A stretch of DNA of 56,110 nucleotides, the filler included, from Ionaspis alba (taxonomy: Eukaryota): the NCBI GenBank assembly GCA_964255285.1. It is 5 parts of 5 records of this genome, joined end to end, with 100 filler letters (N's around TTAATTAATTAA, not from the genome) between each part and the next. Parts side by side here need not be neighbours in the genome. Positions count along the whole stretch, not along the records: positions 33,804 to 44,907 come from CAXUUL010000569.1; positions 45,008 to 56,110 come from CAXUUL010000570.1; 3 more parts are not named here. The stretch is one strand, 5' to 3'. Positions 38,443-50,395 of this stretch are shown here, piece after piece. Each line of letters starts with the position of its first letter. Position 1 is the stretch's first letter. The notes below the pieces were generated by a model that was not told the DNA's origin, searched no databases, and saw nothing but the letters and a program-made list of their open reading frames with translations. The translations under genes were made by a program, and so were the position numbers.

Positions 38443-40781
38443 ATGGAGACACTCTGCTCTGCATGTCTGGATATGTTCAATGGCAGAAGTAGAAACATTC
38501 ATACACTGACTGGCAAACGCCGGAATGTCTACCAAGACCGATTCGAACACCATCTTTCGCCCTGGATGCTTGAAGAAGCATCTAAGCAGGGCTGCTACAT
38601 GTGTACACTCATATGGAACTCTCTGCTACCTATCGAACATATCAGGTTGAGGAGGGCAGCGAGACACAAAGCTCTAATACGCACGAAGCAGTTGTTACGG
38701 TGTCTTTGGGATCCGGCTCTGTACCCGGATACTGAGAACTATACGTGGCATTGCGATTTCCACTCAACACAGCTCGTCTTCTCTTTTGGAGGAAGTAGTA
38801 GCTGGAGAGACGTGAGATTTGATCTTATCCACCCTCAAGGTTCCCAGAATCCAAGCCAATTGTGTATGCTGTACTGAGCAACATTTCAGATCCATGGGCT
38901 GGTCGATTGATCATCAGCAGGACAAAACAGGAGCGTGCGAGCATTGAAACGCTCATGGGGGGAGATAAAGTCAGCAACCATACGGGTTCAGAGGGTACCT
39001 GGAGTCTGATCCACTCATGGTGGAAGGAATCAATTGAAAGTCCCCTCACATCAGATCATATCGCGGAGGATTTCATCCCCACACGCTTGATTGACGTTGG
39101 CTCTTCAGAAAGTCTTCCTGTACCACGATTGGTTGTTTGTAACCAGAGAGGAGGGAATCTTCGATTTATGACTCTCAGCTACCGGTGGCCAGTAGGTAGT
39201 CAAGCTCAATCTCTAGTCACGCTCACAAAAGCTTCTCTTGATAGATTCAAAGAGCAGCTTCCATTGTCCTCTTTACTCGTCACTTTCCAGGAGGCTTTTC
39301 AGGTGACTCGAAAACTTGGCATAAAATACCTTTGGATCGATGCCCTATGTATTTTGCAGGATGACAGCTTGGACTGGTCGCGCGAGTCGTTCAACATGGG
39401 ACGAATCTACAAGAATGCTATTTGCAACATCGCTGCAGGAGGAGACTTCCATCCAGATATCGGCATATTCCGCTTGCGGGACCCTGCCCGTGTTCGGCCG
39501 TTGAAAGTTGATGTCAATTGGGACTTCGAGGTCAAGGTACGCATGTTTGATGATTACGAGTTTCTGCAAGGACCCTACTACATCCTTGGCTCCCGTTTCA
39601 TACAAGACAATATACTCAATGAGCCAATCAATGGACGTGCATGGGTACTCCAGGAGCGCCTGCTCTCTTCGCGAATTCTATACTTTGGCACAGATCAGGT
39701 GTTTTGGAAAGATATCGCGGGCTTCAAGTGTGAGAGTTTCCCTTTGGGAATCCCTAAATCAAGAAACGCGTACCGATCTCAGACAAATGAGGTCAATCCT
39801 GAAGGCCGCTACTTGGGTAGCTATCCATATGATTATTTCCGCAACCCTGTCGAACAGCGGGAGAAGACGTATGAGGAATGGGATCGCGTGATAAACCTGT
39901 ACTCTCGCTGTGATATCACGCGAGCTTCAGATAAGCTCATCGCGCTCTCCGGCCTCGCTAGACAGTTCGAGGCTCTTCTTGAGGGAGATAAATACCACGC
40001 CGGGATGTGGGAAAGCACACTGCCCCGATCCCTTCTGTGGCGTACGAAGAACGGAAGAAAAGCTGATGGGACCCCCAGCAGTCGACTCGATATCTCCACT
40101 ATCCCTTCCTGGTCTTGGGCTTCTGTTAAAGGCGTGATAGAGCCAGAAAAGCTACGATACAGGGATGAGGACAGTCAGATAACAATTCTGGCTATCATCA
40201 AGGCTCCAACTTCTATCAATGACTCGCAAGGTGCTGTGGACTGTCCCCGAATCAGATTGAGAGGTCGTCTTCTGTCCATGGAATACGCCCGCTGGAATGA
40301 GTGGCGAGATGACGACTGGAATCTTTACCACAAATCTCAGGTTGTCACACGCATTGGATGGATCGTTGGCCCTATCGCAACATGCTCCATCGACGATCGG
40401 GAACGGTTCTTGTCCAGGTGGGATGATTGTATTCTTCGAGCCATTATCCGGTCGAGAATTCTTTTCATGCTGCTTTACGCTATTTTCATGATGGTTCGTG
40501 GACAGGACTTGTTCTCGATTGTCGCGCTTACTCTTTCTAACACTTACTTGATCAATTTTCTGTTTGTCCAATGGATTGGCACTTTTCTTTGTTACAAGTC
40601 CCCGGATATATACCTACTACCCGTGAAAGAGGACACATTCAATATCGAGGGCCTAGTCCTGGAAGCCGGAGAGGTGGCAGGGGAGTATCGTCGTATTGGA
40701 CATTTCGAACGACAATACAGTAAAGAGGATTTTTTGAAAATGTTTGAGCCAATAGAGCCCGAGGAACTTATCCTGATCTAG
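38443..40781 (+). CDS. HET-domain (PF06985-like) heterokaryon incompatibility protein; intron 38840-38889
   Basis: PTRLIDV; FMTLSYRW; YLWIDALCILQDD..W..E...M..IY; RAWVLQERLLS; PSWSWAS; YRRIG. Confidence 0.92.
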
Positions 40782-41013
40782 CTCGTTATATCAACGCAAA
40801 AACCCTCGATACTATAATGGGCTTCAATACGACAGAAAGCTCCCGCTAAAATTGCTAAGACAATCCTTCGCTCCCAAGTGTATTTACACCACAACCATCG
40901 GGCCCATGCTTTCCAGGAGATTGCGAGATCCTGTTCGTTGAAGCAAGCTGTATCACAGGCCATGGCCCGACAATATCTGCCATCAAGACCACAAGTTCAT
41001 CACCACTCCAAGC

Positions 41014-41968
41014 CTAGTTTCCATCCGCCTTCCCCATTCTAGCATACATCGACTTCCACCTCGAACCCTTCGCCTCCACAAGCGAAGGAACAAGGGTCTT
41101 CTTCCCCTCCTCTCCGTGTTCAACCACGACGCCAGTTTGGCCTACTCGATAATCAGCACAAGCTTCACCTCACATGTCTCACGCGGAGTCTTACCCATAG
41201 CGAACGGCGGAAGATTCTGATAGATGTTCTCGTACCGACCAGCAGGCACCGAGTACACCTCGTGCATGATGGCGAAATGGCTATTCTTCTTGGCAGCCTC
41301 ATTGTACCAGTCCCAGCCCTCGCGATGTAGTTTGCTGTGTGCGAAAGCGTGCAGAGAGTCCATGTCTTTCCAGTAGGAGAGAACGCAAAGCGTGTTGCCG
41401 GCATCGTTGTCGGTAGCAAGGAGGGTGGATGATCTGCCCAAAACTCCACAGGAACGGTCAGTGTCTCGGGATGTTCAGAAGTAGAGGGCGAGGGACTTAC
41501 AGCCTGAGGTTTCCCGATTGTCCCTCGCATCATCCCACATTCTCTGGAAATATTCGCCCATTTTTTGGAAGCCAGGAGCTAGACGACCAAGCGGACTACC
41601 GAGTGCTATCAGTAATGACCGAGAGACTGCAAAGTCCTGAGCTGGAGGGCTTACTGGTTGGACCGGGATCCGATAATAAACACTACCATATCTTGCGCGG
41701 CAGGCTTGCGGACAAGCGAGCCATCCTCTGGGGGGAGCTGGGCTGTCTGCCTCGAACGGATGACGGTTTCTTGGATGGGATCGCGGATGAGGCCATTGCT
41801 TGATAGAATATGCTGTATGATCCGCGTTGAGAGGATGAGGACTGAGGGAAGCAAAGCGACGTTGCGAGGAAGGAGGAGGACGAGGGCAGTTTGGATAGAT
41901 GCACCAATTAGGAGCCAGGTGGTGAGTTTGAGATCGTCACGGATAAATGCTGAAAAGGAGCCAGACAT
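41014..41968 (-). CDS. DUF4188 / monooxygenase-like protein (multi-exon)
   Basis: VVFIIGSRSN; SYWKDMDSLHAFAH..HREGWDWYN; IMHEVY....YENIYQN; N-terminal TM segment. Confidence 0.8.
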
Positions 41969-44057
41969 CGCGATGATAGTATTTTGGGTTTGAAGGTGTA
42001 AAGATGTCCTGGTATATAAGGATTACAGATAGATGGGTACTGCGAAGCTGGAAGGCAAGTCAAGGTATTGCGAGAGTTGTAGTGAGCAATGGACTTCGAG
42101 CACGAGAATGATAATAAAAGGGCATATTGCAGAGTTCCAATGCTCATTATATACATCGTCAATCACCACCCGCCCGCAGCCTTCACGTTGTTACCGGCCG
42201 AGTATGCACCATCCCTGGCAGACAAATCAAAGTACGGCCGTACAATTGGCGGAAAAGCTCAACCACAAAGCCTCACGCTTGACTTCTTCCATACTTGCTT
42301 GAAAGCCCAACCTTGAGTAGCGTTGATCTCGAGGGTCCAAGAAGGATTGCGGCCGCTGAATTGTGTGGATGACGATTTAATAGCGTCGAGCTTGACGTTA
42401 CGTGCGACAGGCAATCAAGCATTCGGTATTCCACCAACCAGAACGCTCACTTGATCCGCTGCACGGACTCGGGTCACCCCGGTTCCGTTCTCCGAAGCTT
42501 CGTAATCCGCAGTATGACTTACTTAGCACGCGGCTCAAAAAATAGGCGGCGAGCTACGGGTGCTTGTGCCACAAATTACGGGGGAATCAACTATTTTGAG
42601 CACCTGGAGGCTGCCCAATAGATGGCTGTTTCAGGGGCCGTTTAATGAATTGTCCGCTAAATTTCACCTTTGATTTACCGACATTATTATTTGCAGGCCG
42701 CATGATAAGAAGTACTGCCTAAACGGCAAAGAATGCGGATAAGTATGAGCGAGCACGGTATTTGCCCGAGTCCTCCAGACCAAAGTGTATGTGTGTTTTG
42801 CCATATTAATCCAAGAGCTAAGCTGCCTTGTTCGACCCCTCTGATACGGGCTAGAAAGAGTGACCAAGGCCTAAGCTGACCACCNNNNNNNNNNNNNNNN
42901 NNNNNNNNNNNNNNNNNNNNNNNNNNNNNNNNNNNNNNNNNNNNNNNNNNNNNNNNNNNNNNNNNNNNNNNNNNNNNNNNNNNNACCATTCAATCCGTCA
43001 GCCTCTAGTGAAGCCTCAAATGCGACAACGGGATTTGGCATATGTTTCAGAATAGGAAGCCACTCTGCACTCATGTTGAGAAGCGAGGCCCTTCTTGAAG
43101 TCGAATGTGTTTCCTCTGGAATCTCCATGTCCCTAAAATGTGAGATGATCGAGGGGTAAGCTCATCAACTGGCTTGGTCGAAGAACCAAATCCTATACAA
43201 ATCTCTCTTCACGGAGAGCCACAAAAGGTCAAGGCTTGTACGACCGAAAGAAGTTCAGTCAGAATCCAAGGACAATGGAGCTTCCGATTCTGCAGCTTTC
43301 CATGATAAGAATGCGTGCCCCAATCTTTCCACTACGGCCTGGCAAAACCCTTGATGTTTAGCATACATCTCCCGCACTGCAGACTCACAAAAGAAGCTAT
43401 AAAAACTTGGACAAGGAACGAAATTGTTATAAGAGACTACGGGAAAGCTTACTATCCTACTAACATCCTGCTTCTTCACCCGCATGTGTCTTGCCGGTCC
43501 CGAATAGTATCGATATAGGAACAGCTTTTGATCATTATGCATTTCTTTAACCCTGCTGCGCTCTTATTGTGCTCTTGAGAAGAAGAATAGATCTATCTTT
43601 TCGGGGTTCAGATCATCGAGCAACAGGCCAATCATGTTGTTGCACCACTGAGTATATTTCTTTCACAAATCATAAAGACATTGTCCTCAGCCACTCCTTG
43701 GACTCACTTACGTCAGTGTCTCTTAATGCCCAAGTCTTTGATCTCACAATGAACAAAGATATCGTTGAGCCTCATCGTCCTTGTTCCCGATGGTTGGCGA
43801 GCTTGTTTATATATGGTCGATTGCAACCATTTGTCCGTTTCCCGTTTTGTCCAGAACCGAGCCTTATTCCCTACACCCGACTCCCAACCACCTTCCTAAC
43901 GATCTCAAGGCTCGCTGGTCGAGAGAAAAAGAGTTCTCGTCAAGGTAAGGGGAGTGCTTCGGGTTTATAGGACACAAATTATACGACTACCTGCACCGGC
44001 TGCAGATTTATTAAACAAGCACCAAAATCATCTTTTAAAGCCTCTACAACGACAGCT

Positions 44058-44907
44058 ATGGGCAAAATCGCAAAGTTCTTCTCTAAACTCACTCGTACTT
44101 CCACGAAAAAGCTCTCTCGGGCTTCAACAAAAATCACTCGAGCATCAACAAAGGCCTCCCGAGCCTCCACAAAGCTCGCTCGAACTTCAGCGGAAAAGGT
44201 GAAGACCTTCACAGTCCTCTTCGTCCACCCATGCGCAGAGCCCTTCGCGTCTTCCGAGTCTCCCTTCAAGGCCCAACAGCCAGGCGATCGCGTGTCTCCT
44301 ACATCGGCCAATACGGATCCAAAGAACATCAAGAACAAGTTCTTCGCCCAAGCACCGCGCTCAGAATCCCCTAGCCCGATATCTGAGCACAACCGCACGT
44401 CCAGAAATTCTTTTTCGGACTTCATACAGGGTCCTACCCTCACCGTCCGCAATCCCGACGAGAGACCCGCAACAGCAAGCACGATCGCTCCCACTTCACC
44501 TCCGCGCACTGCAGACGAGATACTCGTAGACAGCCCCATCTGTCCGGAAACCTTCGAGCTGCAAGTGACAGATGAGGAGGAGGACTGCACTACAGAGCTA
44601 TCGCTCGAGGCAGATTTCAAACCCACCGCACTACCCTCCCGCCCAGAATCCCGTCTGGACTTCTATCCCCACATTCCCGTCCATCCCTTCCACGCCTACC
44701 CTGTGTCCCTGGAGGACTTCAACGACCCTTTTGTACCACAATCACCATCCTATTCCACTCCCAAAGCCCTCGAAGTTACCGGCCTCCCTCTGTCCCCAAC
44801 AACTACTCTCGAGACCAACCTGCCACTCATCACCAACGAACCCCCCTCACCAGCCCCCAGCTCCCCCAGCTCCAGCGAATACCTCACCCCTGTCTCCCCA
44901 TCCATCC
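44058..44907 (+). CDS. Orphan Ser/Pro-rich protein with N-terminal basic heptad repeats; 3'-truncated
   Basis: ORF of over 280 codons running into the contig end. Confidence 0.55.
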
Positions 44908-45007
44908 NNNNNNNNNNNNNNNNNNNNNNNNNNNNNNNNNNNNNNNNNNNNTTAATTAATTAANNNNNNNNNNNNNNNNNNNNNNNNNNNNNNNNNNNNN
45001 NNNNNNN
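44908..45007. other. Artificial contig linker
   Basis: N44-TTAATTAATTAA-N44. Confidence 0.98.
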
Positions 45008-45642
45008 CTCTCTAAAGCCAAAGAACCGTCCCCACAGTCCCTACAGCCAACCAAATCACCACCTTCAACCTCCAACGGCCTATTTCTCCCGGCAGCGCTG
45101 CTGAGAGCAATAATAGCATCCACCCCTTTTTTATCACGAGGCGTCGCCGCATCTAGCGTCCCATTTGGAACCAAAGCTCGGTCTACCAACACTATCGGAC
45201 CTGTATGTGTCGTGCTCTCATACACGGGCGTGGACTGGGGCACCGTATGGGCATGATCTACTGGATGAGCTTGGACACAGATCACCCAAAGGACCAACAA
45301 AAGGATGGCGCCGCGAAACATTCGAACGAGGGCGAGGTTGCGGGTGAGATGCGTTTGAGGGTTGGGAGATTTGGGTTTCGTGGTGAGGGAGTCGTTAAAG
45401 GAGAGAGATCTGATAGAGGAAGAGGAGGAAGAGTCGTTGAGGGGGTTTGGGGTGTCCATGATTGTGGTTATTGAGGATAGTGGGTAGAGTGGTATGTGAG
45501 GATGAGGAGAAGGATGAGGGCTCGGAAAGGGGTTTAAATAGCCATAAGATGATGGTTGCCGACTCCTTCCGGACTGTGAAGATGTGGACGATGAAGAGTA
45601 TGTATGGCATCTCCCAGAGAATGAATGATCCGGGGAAATCAC
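45008..45642 (-). CDS. Orphan membrane/secreted protein with NGTLDAA motif; 3'-truncated, start uncertain
   Basis: Hydrophobic segment AILLLVLWVICVQA; motif shared with the neighbour at 46488-46940. Confidence 0.5.
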
Positions 45643-46487
45643 ATGTGAACTATAAGGTATTGGAGATCGAGCATGAAGTCTCGCTTTACCACATTAGTAT
45701 TATTTTCGGAGATGGAGGCCGGCACCTTCACTGAAGCCGCAGAACCATCTCTCCAGACCAACGGCTCAGTCTCCGCTCACAAACCCTTCCTACCCATCGA
45801 CTGCAAATTTTGGTTTTGACACTGAAAAAGAGCCTATCGAAGGTCTGCAGTACGTTTGATACAGAAGAGCAAGATAACGATTTCGAAGACTAGGATGCAA
45901 TATGTGTGGTCTCCTAGGTACGGTCACTCCTCACACGTGGGTCTGCCTTCATGTGTTTGTCGATCTGATCGGAAACTTCGTTGTTAGCGGCTATGGGGTT
46001 GCTATTTTTGACGGAGTCGCTGTGTGTAGGCGTGGGATTGATGTCCGAGACAGACAAGCAATGGTCTGTGGATGTATTTCTATTGTTCACGATGGTGGGA
46101 GTGAAGTATCTTGAGTGAAGGCATTCAGGTTGTGGATCGAGGAGGGATGGAGATGAGAGACAGCGCCTTATGTAGCCATGGTATGCTGGAGTGGTGACTG
46201 TTCCTGGTCCTTAAATGTTGGAGATGAAGGGGAATTGTGTCACTTCCTAGAAAAATGAGTGGGAGACCTCATTCGCACCGAATGGCAGGTTTCCCACGTC
46301 TGAGGCATCACACAAGGTACATTGTTAAGATCTAAAAAAAAAAAATTAAATCTTCAAAAGCATTCTCGAAGAGCAGGATACATCGCAGTTTGGCAAAGGA
46401 AGCTCAGAATTTGTAGTGCATGCATTTCCAGTTCCGCTGCCTCCTAATCCGGAGCTCGACAAGCCCTCCGACGCCGCCTCAGATCTC

Positions 46488-46940
46488 TCAAACATCTGTC
46501 AGCCACCAAAGACGCATTTCAAACCAAACAACCGCCATCAGAGTCCCAATCACCATCATAAGAGGTACCTCTAACGAGGCAACAAGAGCACTTGCGCTTG
46601 ACGTCGGGATGATGATTGCAGGCGAAAAGGTAGTATAGGACTCTGCAGCATCCAATGTCCCATTGCGAACAAGTCCACGCCCCGCAACGGCACTTTCGTT
46701 CACCCCAGTGTTATTCTGCTCTGCACATGCGCAAGTGACGAGGCTGATGAGTAGGGCAAGGAGAACGAGCATGGGCTTGAACCGGGTGACCGTGTTGATA
46801 CTTCCGAGCGGTGAAGGAGGTTGTTGTTCGAAGTTTTTGATAGAGGTTTCGTTACCTACCATCGCGAATTTGGTTTCCATACTGAAGGAGCCGTTGGCAA
46901 TGCACATAAGGTTCGGATTCTGCGATGGTAGATAACGCAA
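46488..46940 (-). CDS. Small orphan membrane/GPI-type protein with NGTLDAA motif; start uncertain
   Basis: MLVLLALLISLVTCACA signal-like segment; N-glycosylation sequons; hydrophobic C-terminus. Confidence 0.55.
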   Translation of the reverse strand: MRYLPSQNPNLMCIANGSFSMETKFAMVGNETSIKNFEQQPPSPLGSINTVTRFKPMLVLLALLISLVTCACAEQNNTGVNESAVAGRGLVRNGTLDAAESYTTFSPAIIIPTSSASALVASLEVPLMMVIGTLMAVVWFEMRLWWLTDV

Positions 46941-47097
46941 ATGCTGAGCTGAGGACTGTGAGGTGAGTGGAGGTCTTTGGAGGTGAAAAGGGCCTTTAAG
47001 TACTTGCTCAACAACGAGCTGAGTGAGTCCTTTCGTGTCTTAGAATCATGTTCTCTGTCATGATCTAGAACTATGCCGCTTCACATACACGTACACA

Positions 47098-49926
47098 TCA
47101 CCCAAATCTCACCCCCTGGCCCGGATTCCACTGTCCACCCTGTACAGGTCCGCTTCTCGTATTAGGGTAAGCGGGATTATGTACACTGTTACTTACAGGT
47201 GGGGCAGGCATGGCCCCACCGAATTTGATCCCCATATCGGGCGTCCACATACCCGGTGTCGCAGGAGGTGGTGCAACAGGTGCTCTCGTGGGCGTTGGTG
47301 CTGTCAAAGGCTCGCTAGCAGGAGCCTTAGCGCTGTAATGGGATCGAAGAGTCTCTCGCTGTTTTTGGTCTTGGAGGCTGTTGCTTTGGGCGATGTTGAG
47401 GGCGGACATGGCGTTGGAGAGATCACTGTAGTCTCAGGTCAGCATGGGAACGAGACAAAGAGTGGAGGGGCTTACTTCTCAATCTGCCCAGCCTCCATGC
47501 GTCTCTGATATCGAAAGTCTCGACACTCATCACGGAAGCGATTGACGATCTTGGCGAGGTCGTTGTAGAATTTCCTTCCCGTATCCAGATTTGACATGAT
47601 CTCCTTGAAGGCGACGTATGCATTTTCGAGTCGTTGTAGGGCCTGTTCTCGCTCTCTGGTCGAAGTGTCTCCACGGCGGACGTTCGTGAAAGCTGTGTTT
47701 GCTTCTTGAAGCTGCGTGGAAACATGCTCTTGTTCTTCTTTCTCATCAGATACCATGATCCGGTCATCGTCGTAGAGCTGGAGTCGCTTCTCGAAAAGAT
47801 CCTCGAAGTGAATGGCTTCGATCTTCTGCATGGGAAATTCTCTTTCCAGGCGAGCAGTTTCGGCCAGAAGAGCGGCGCCTAGATAATGGTCAGCCGAGGA
47901 AGGCAATCAAAGAGCCTTGCGGTGGCTTACTGATATCGTCAGACTTGGCCTTCTCCCTCAAAGTTTCGATTTTCCGACGTCGTCTACTCTCTAGCCGACT
48001 GACCTCATTCAGGACCGCTCTTAGTCTGCTGGCTTCTCGCTCGACCTTTGGTGGCATCACAGCTCTCCGACTGCTCGGAACATACTCCTCAAGATCTCTA
48101 TCGGTTCCTTCTAGGACTTTCAGAACGCCCTCGCAGTCTTTCAATTTCTTCTTAATGAGCTCATCGCTGCTTCCAGAGGACTTCAGATACCCATTGATTT
48201 CGCCGGCTTGTAGGTACAGCCTCTCTGCCGCCTCTTTCGAGGCTTGTCGTTTCCATCTGTCGGTCCCATACTTCATCTTCGCTTGATCGTCCTCTGCTGC
48301 CTCAAGCCGAAGAAATTCTACGCCTTCTTCGTAAGTTGCCACATCGTTGGCCTTCAAGGTCTCAACATCACGCATAGACCGTCTGAGACGATGTAAACCT
48401 TGCTGCTGACGTACTTCTTCGGCATGTGAAGTCAGAGATGGGGGAAGTCCCAGGGGCTTTTCAAGAGCTTGAAGTGAGCCTGGCAGGCTTAAAGACTTTA
48501 AGAGACTTCGGACTGGTCAGCAAATCAAGTCGGCAGATAGACGAAAGGGAAGACCGACTCTCTAAGCTTGTTTGTCGAGCTCTCAAGCTCATCAATGATA
48601 CTAGTATTGACAAGTCTATCCCGTCGATCTGCGTAAATGCTCGCAGCCACATGAACTGCATAGGGCACCAATCTTGCAAATAGTGGTTGTCCAAAAATAC
48701 CACGATCACCTAAGGACGACGAAGGATCGGAAATATCGTTAGGCTTCTTTAGCATAGCCATACCAGCACGGTCAAGTGTCTTCAGCTCTGATTTAGGAGG
48801 AACTGGCATAAGGTATATAACATCATTGTCTTTCTCCGCTCTTTTCAAGTCCTCTGATACTTTGGTCTTGAGCCCATTGAGATCTCCCAAAACGGTCTTG
48901 TTGATCCATCGAGCCTCCTTCAGAGCCTCATTGACACAGGTCACACTGTCTCTCAACCTCGCAACTTCCTCGCCGTACTTTCTTTTCTCTAAGCAATCAC
49001 ACGCTGCTCTGTATTGTGCTGCGGCGGCAAAGTGATGATGTTTGGCTGTCATATGATGGATCCATTCCGTGCTAATCGTATCGGATTTGGTTCCGAACTC
49101 CGCAGCTTGGTCGTAGAAATCGGAGACCTTGGCCGCAAGTTTGGAGATCAATAAATCCTTATATCCGTTCTTTATTGCCATGGACCACGAACATTCTTGG
49201 GCTTGAGCTAGTAGCAGCTGCTGAAGAGACTCTAGAGTCATTGTGTCCATGTCTTCCGGTGGCGTAGATCGGAGATCTGGAATTATATCGGACTTCAGAT
49301 ACGCTAGGACCCCGGCCCCTTGACAAAAATAGTTATTCGCAGCCTTGAGTCCTTCTGTCGTGGTCCGATTTAGGGACACAGCGAGCTGCGAGTAGAGAGC
49401 TGCAAGGTTGAAGAGAACATTCGCAAGCTCGAAACGAAGATTGTTCTGTGAAACTGCCATAGTTCAGTATCTCTGGATCCAGCTTGTGGTTGGACTGTCC
49501 TACCAGGTCGTTCTGCGTTGAATCCTAGAGCAGGATACCAGGTGAACTCCACCCCAATCTGTTCCTCCCAATTAGCTATGTCTAGACCATCTACGCGATG
49601 TCTCTCGTGCCCATCCCGAGCCTGCTTACATCTATCGGGAATTTACCTCCTATCCAGACAAGTTGCGCCGCGTATGCTGAAAGCTTTTTAATGCCGCTGA
49701 CATGGGCCTCTAGTGAGGTGACAGCATCTGATCGTAATCTGTCAATCGTTTCAAGATCATGCTTAAACATGTCCGGATGCTGGTCATATTTGTTCGAGAT
49801 GTACTGTTTGAGGGCTTCGGAGAGGGAGACCGAGTGCGTTCGCCGGAATGGCAGGGAGAGGATGTTACTTGTTATGCTCGTTCAGTCGAGGATACTATAA
49901 AGTGGATATGACACTTACGATGCCAT
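47098..49926 (-). CDS. palA: pH-response regulator PalA/Rim20 (BRO1 and V domains), multi-exon
   Basis: ILSLPFRRTHSVSLSEALKQYI..KYDQHPDMF; FTWYPAL; FELANVLFNLAALYSQ; AEKDNDVIY; GRKFYNDL; WNPGQGVRFG. Confidence 0.93.
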
Positions 49927-50395
49927 TCTTGCAGAGCCCACAGGCTTGGAATTCGTGTTTTGTTTATGGATTTGCTAGACTTGACGCTGGGAGCTTCAGG
50001 CACAAGTACAGTGACGTGGGAGCTTGGCGGGGTTAGTGGACTGAGGAACTGAGGCTCGTCCTTTGGTCACCACCTTCATCAGAATTCAAAACAGGGCGTC
50101 TACGACAGAGCTACTGTCTGGGCGAAAACTATTGCTAGAAACTTAACGAAACCTTGCATTAGGTTCAACCCCGGGAATCCACATCTTCTGCGATCGGATT
50201 GACTCCCACGTGATAATGGTTCATGGAGGACCTAACATAGCAGTGAAAATAGCAGGTTATCATTTGGGTATATATCTGCAAGGTTCTAGGCTGGTTGTAG
50301 TCATCCCAGCTGTCCATGACTCATGGAAGTGCTGTCTTGAATCCAGCACGGGAGCCATGTCAACACCTTGTCGACGACCTTCAGCCGAGGGTTTG

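Noticed and set aside
34933..49926. Calpain near palA as a PalB/PalA pH-signalling cluster
   Set aside because: Different contigs, and the calpain shows no PalB-like features I can recognise
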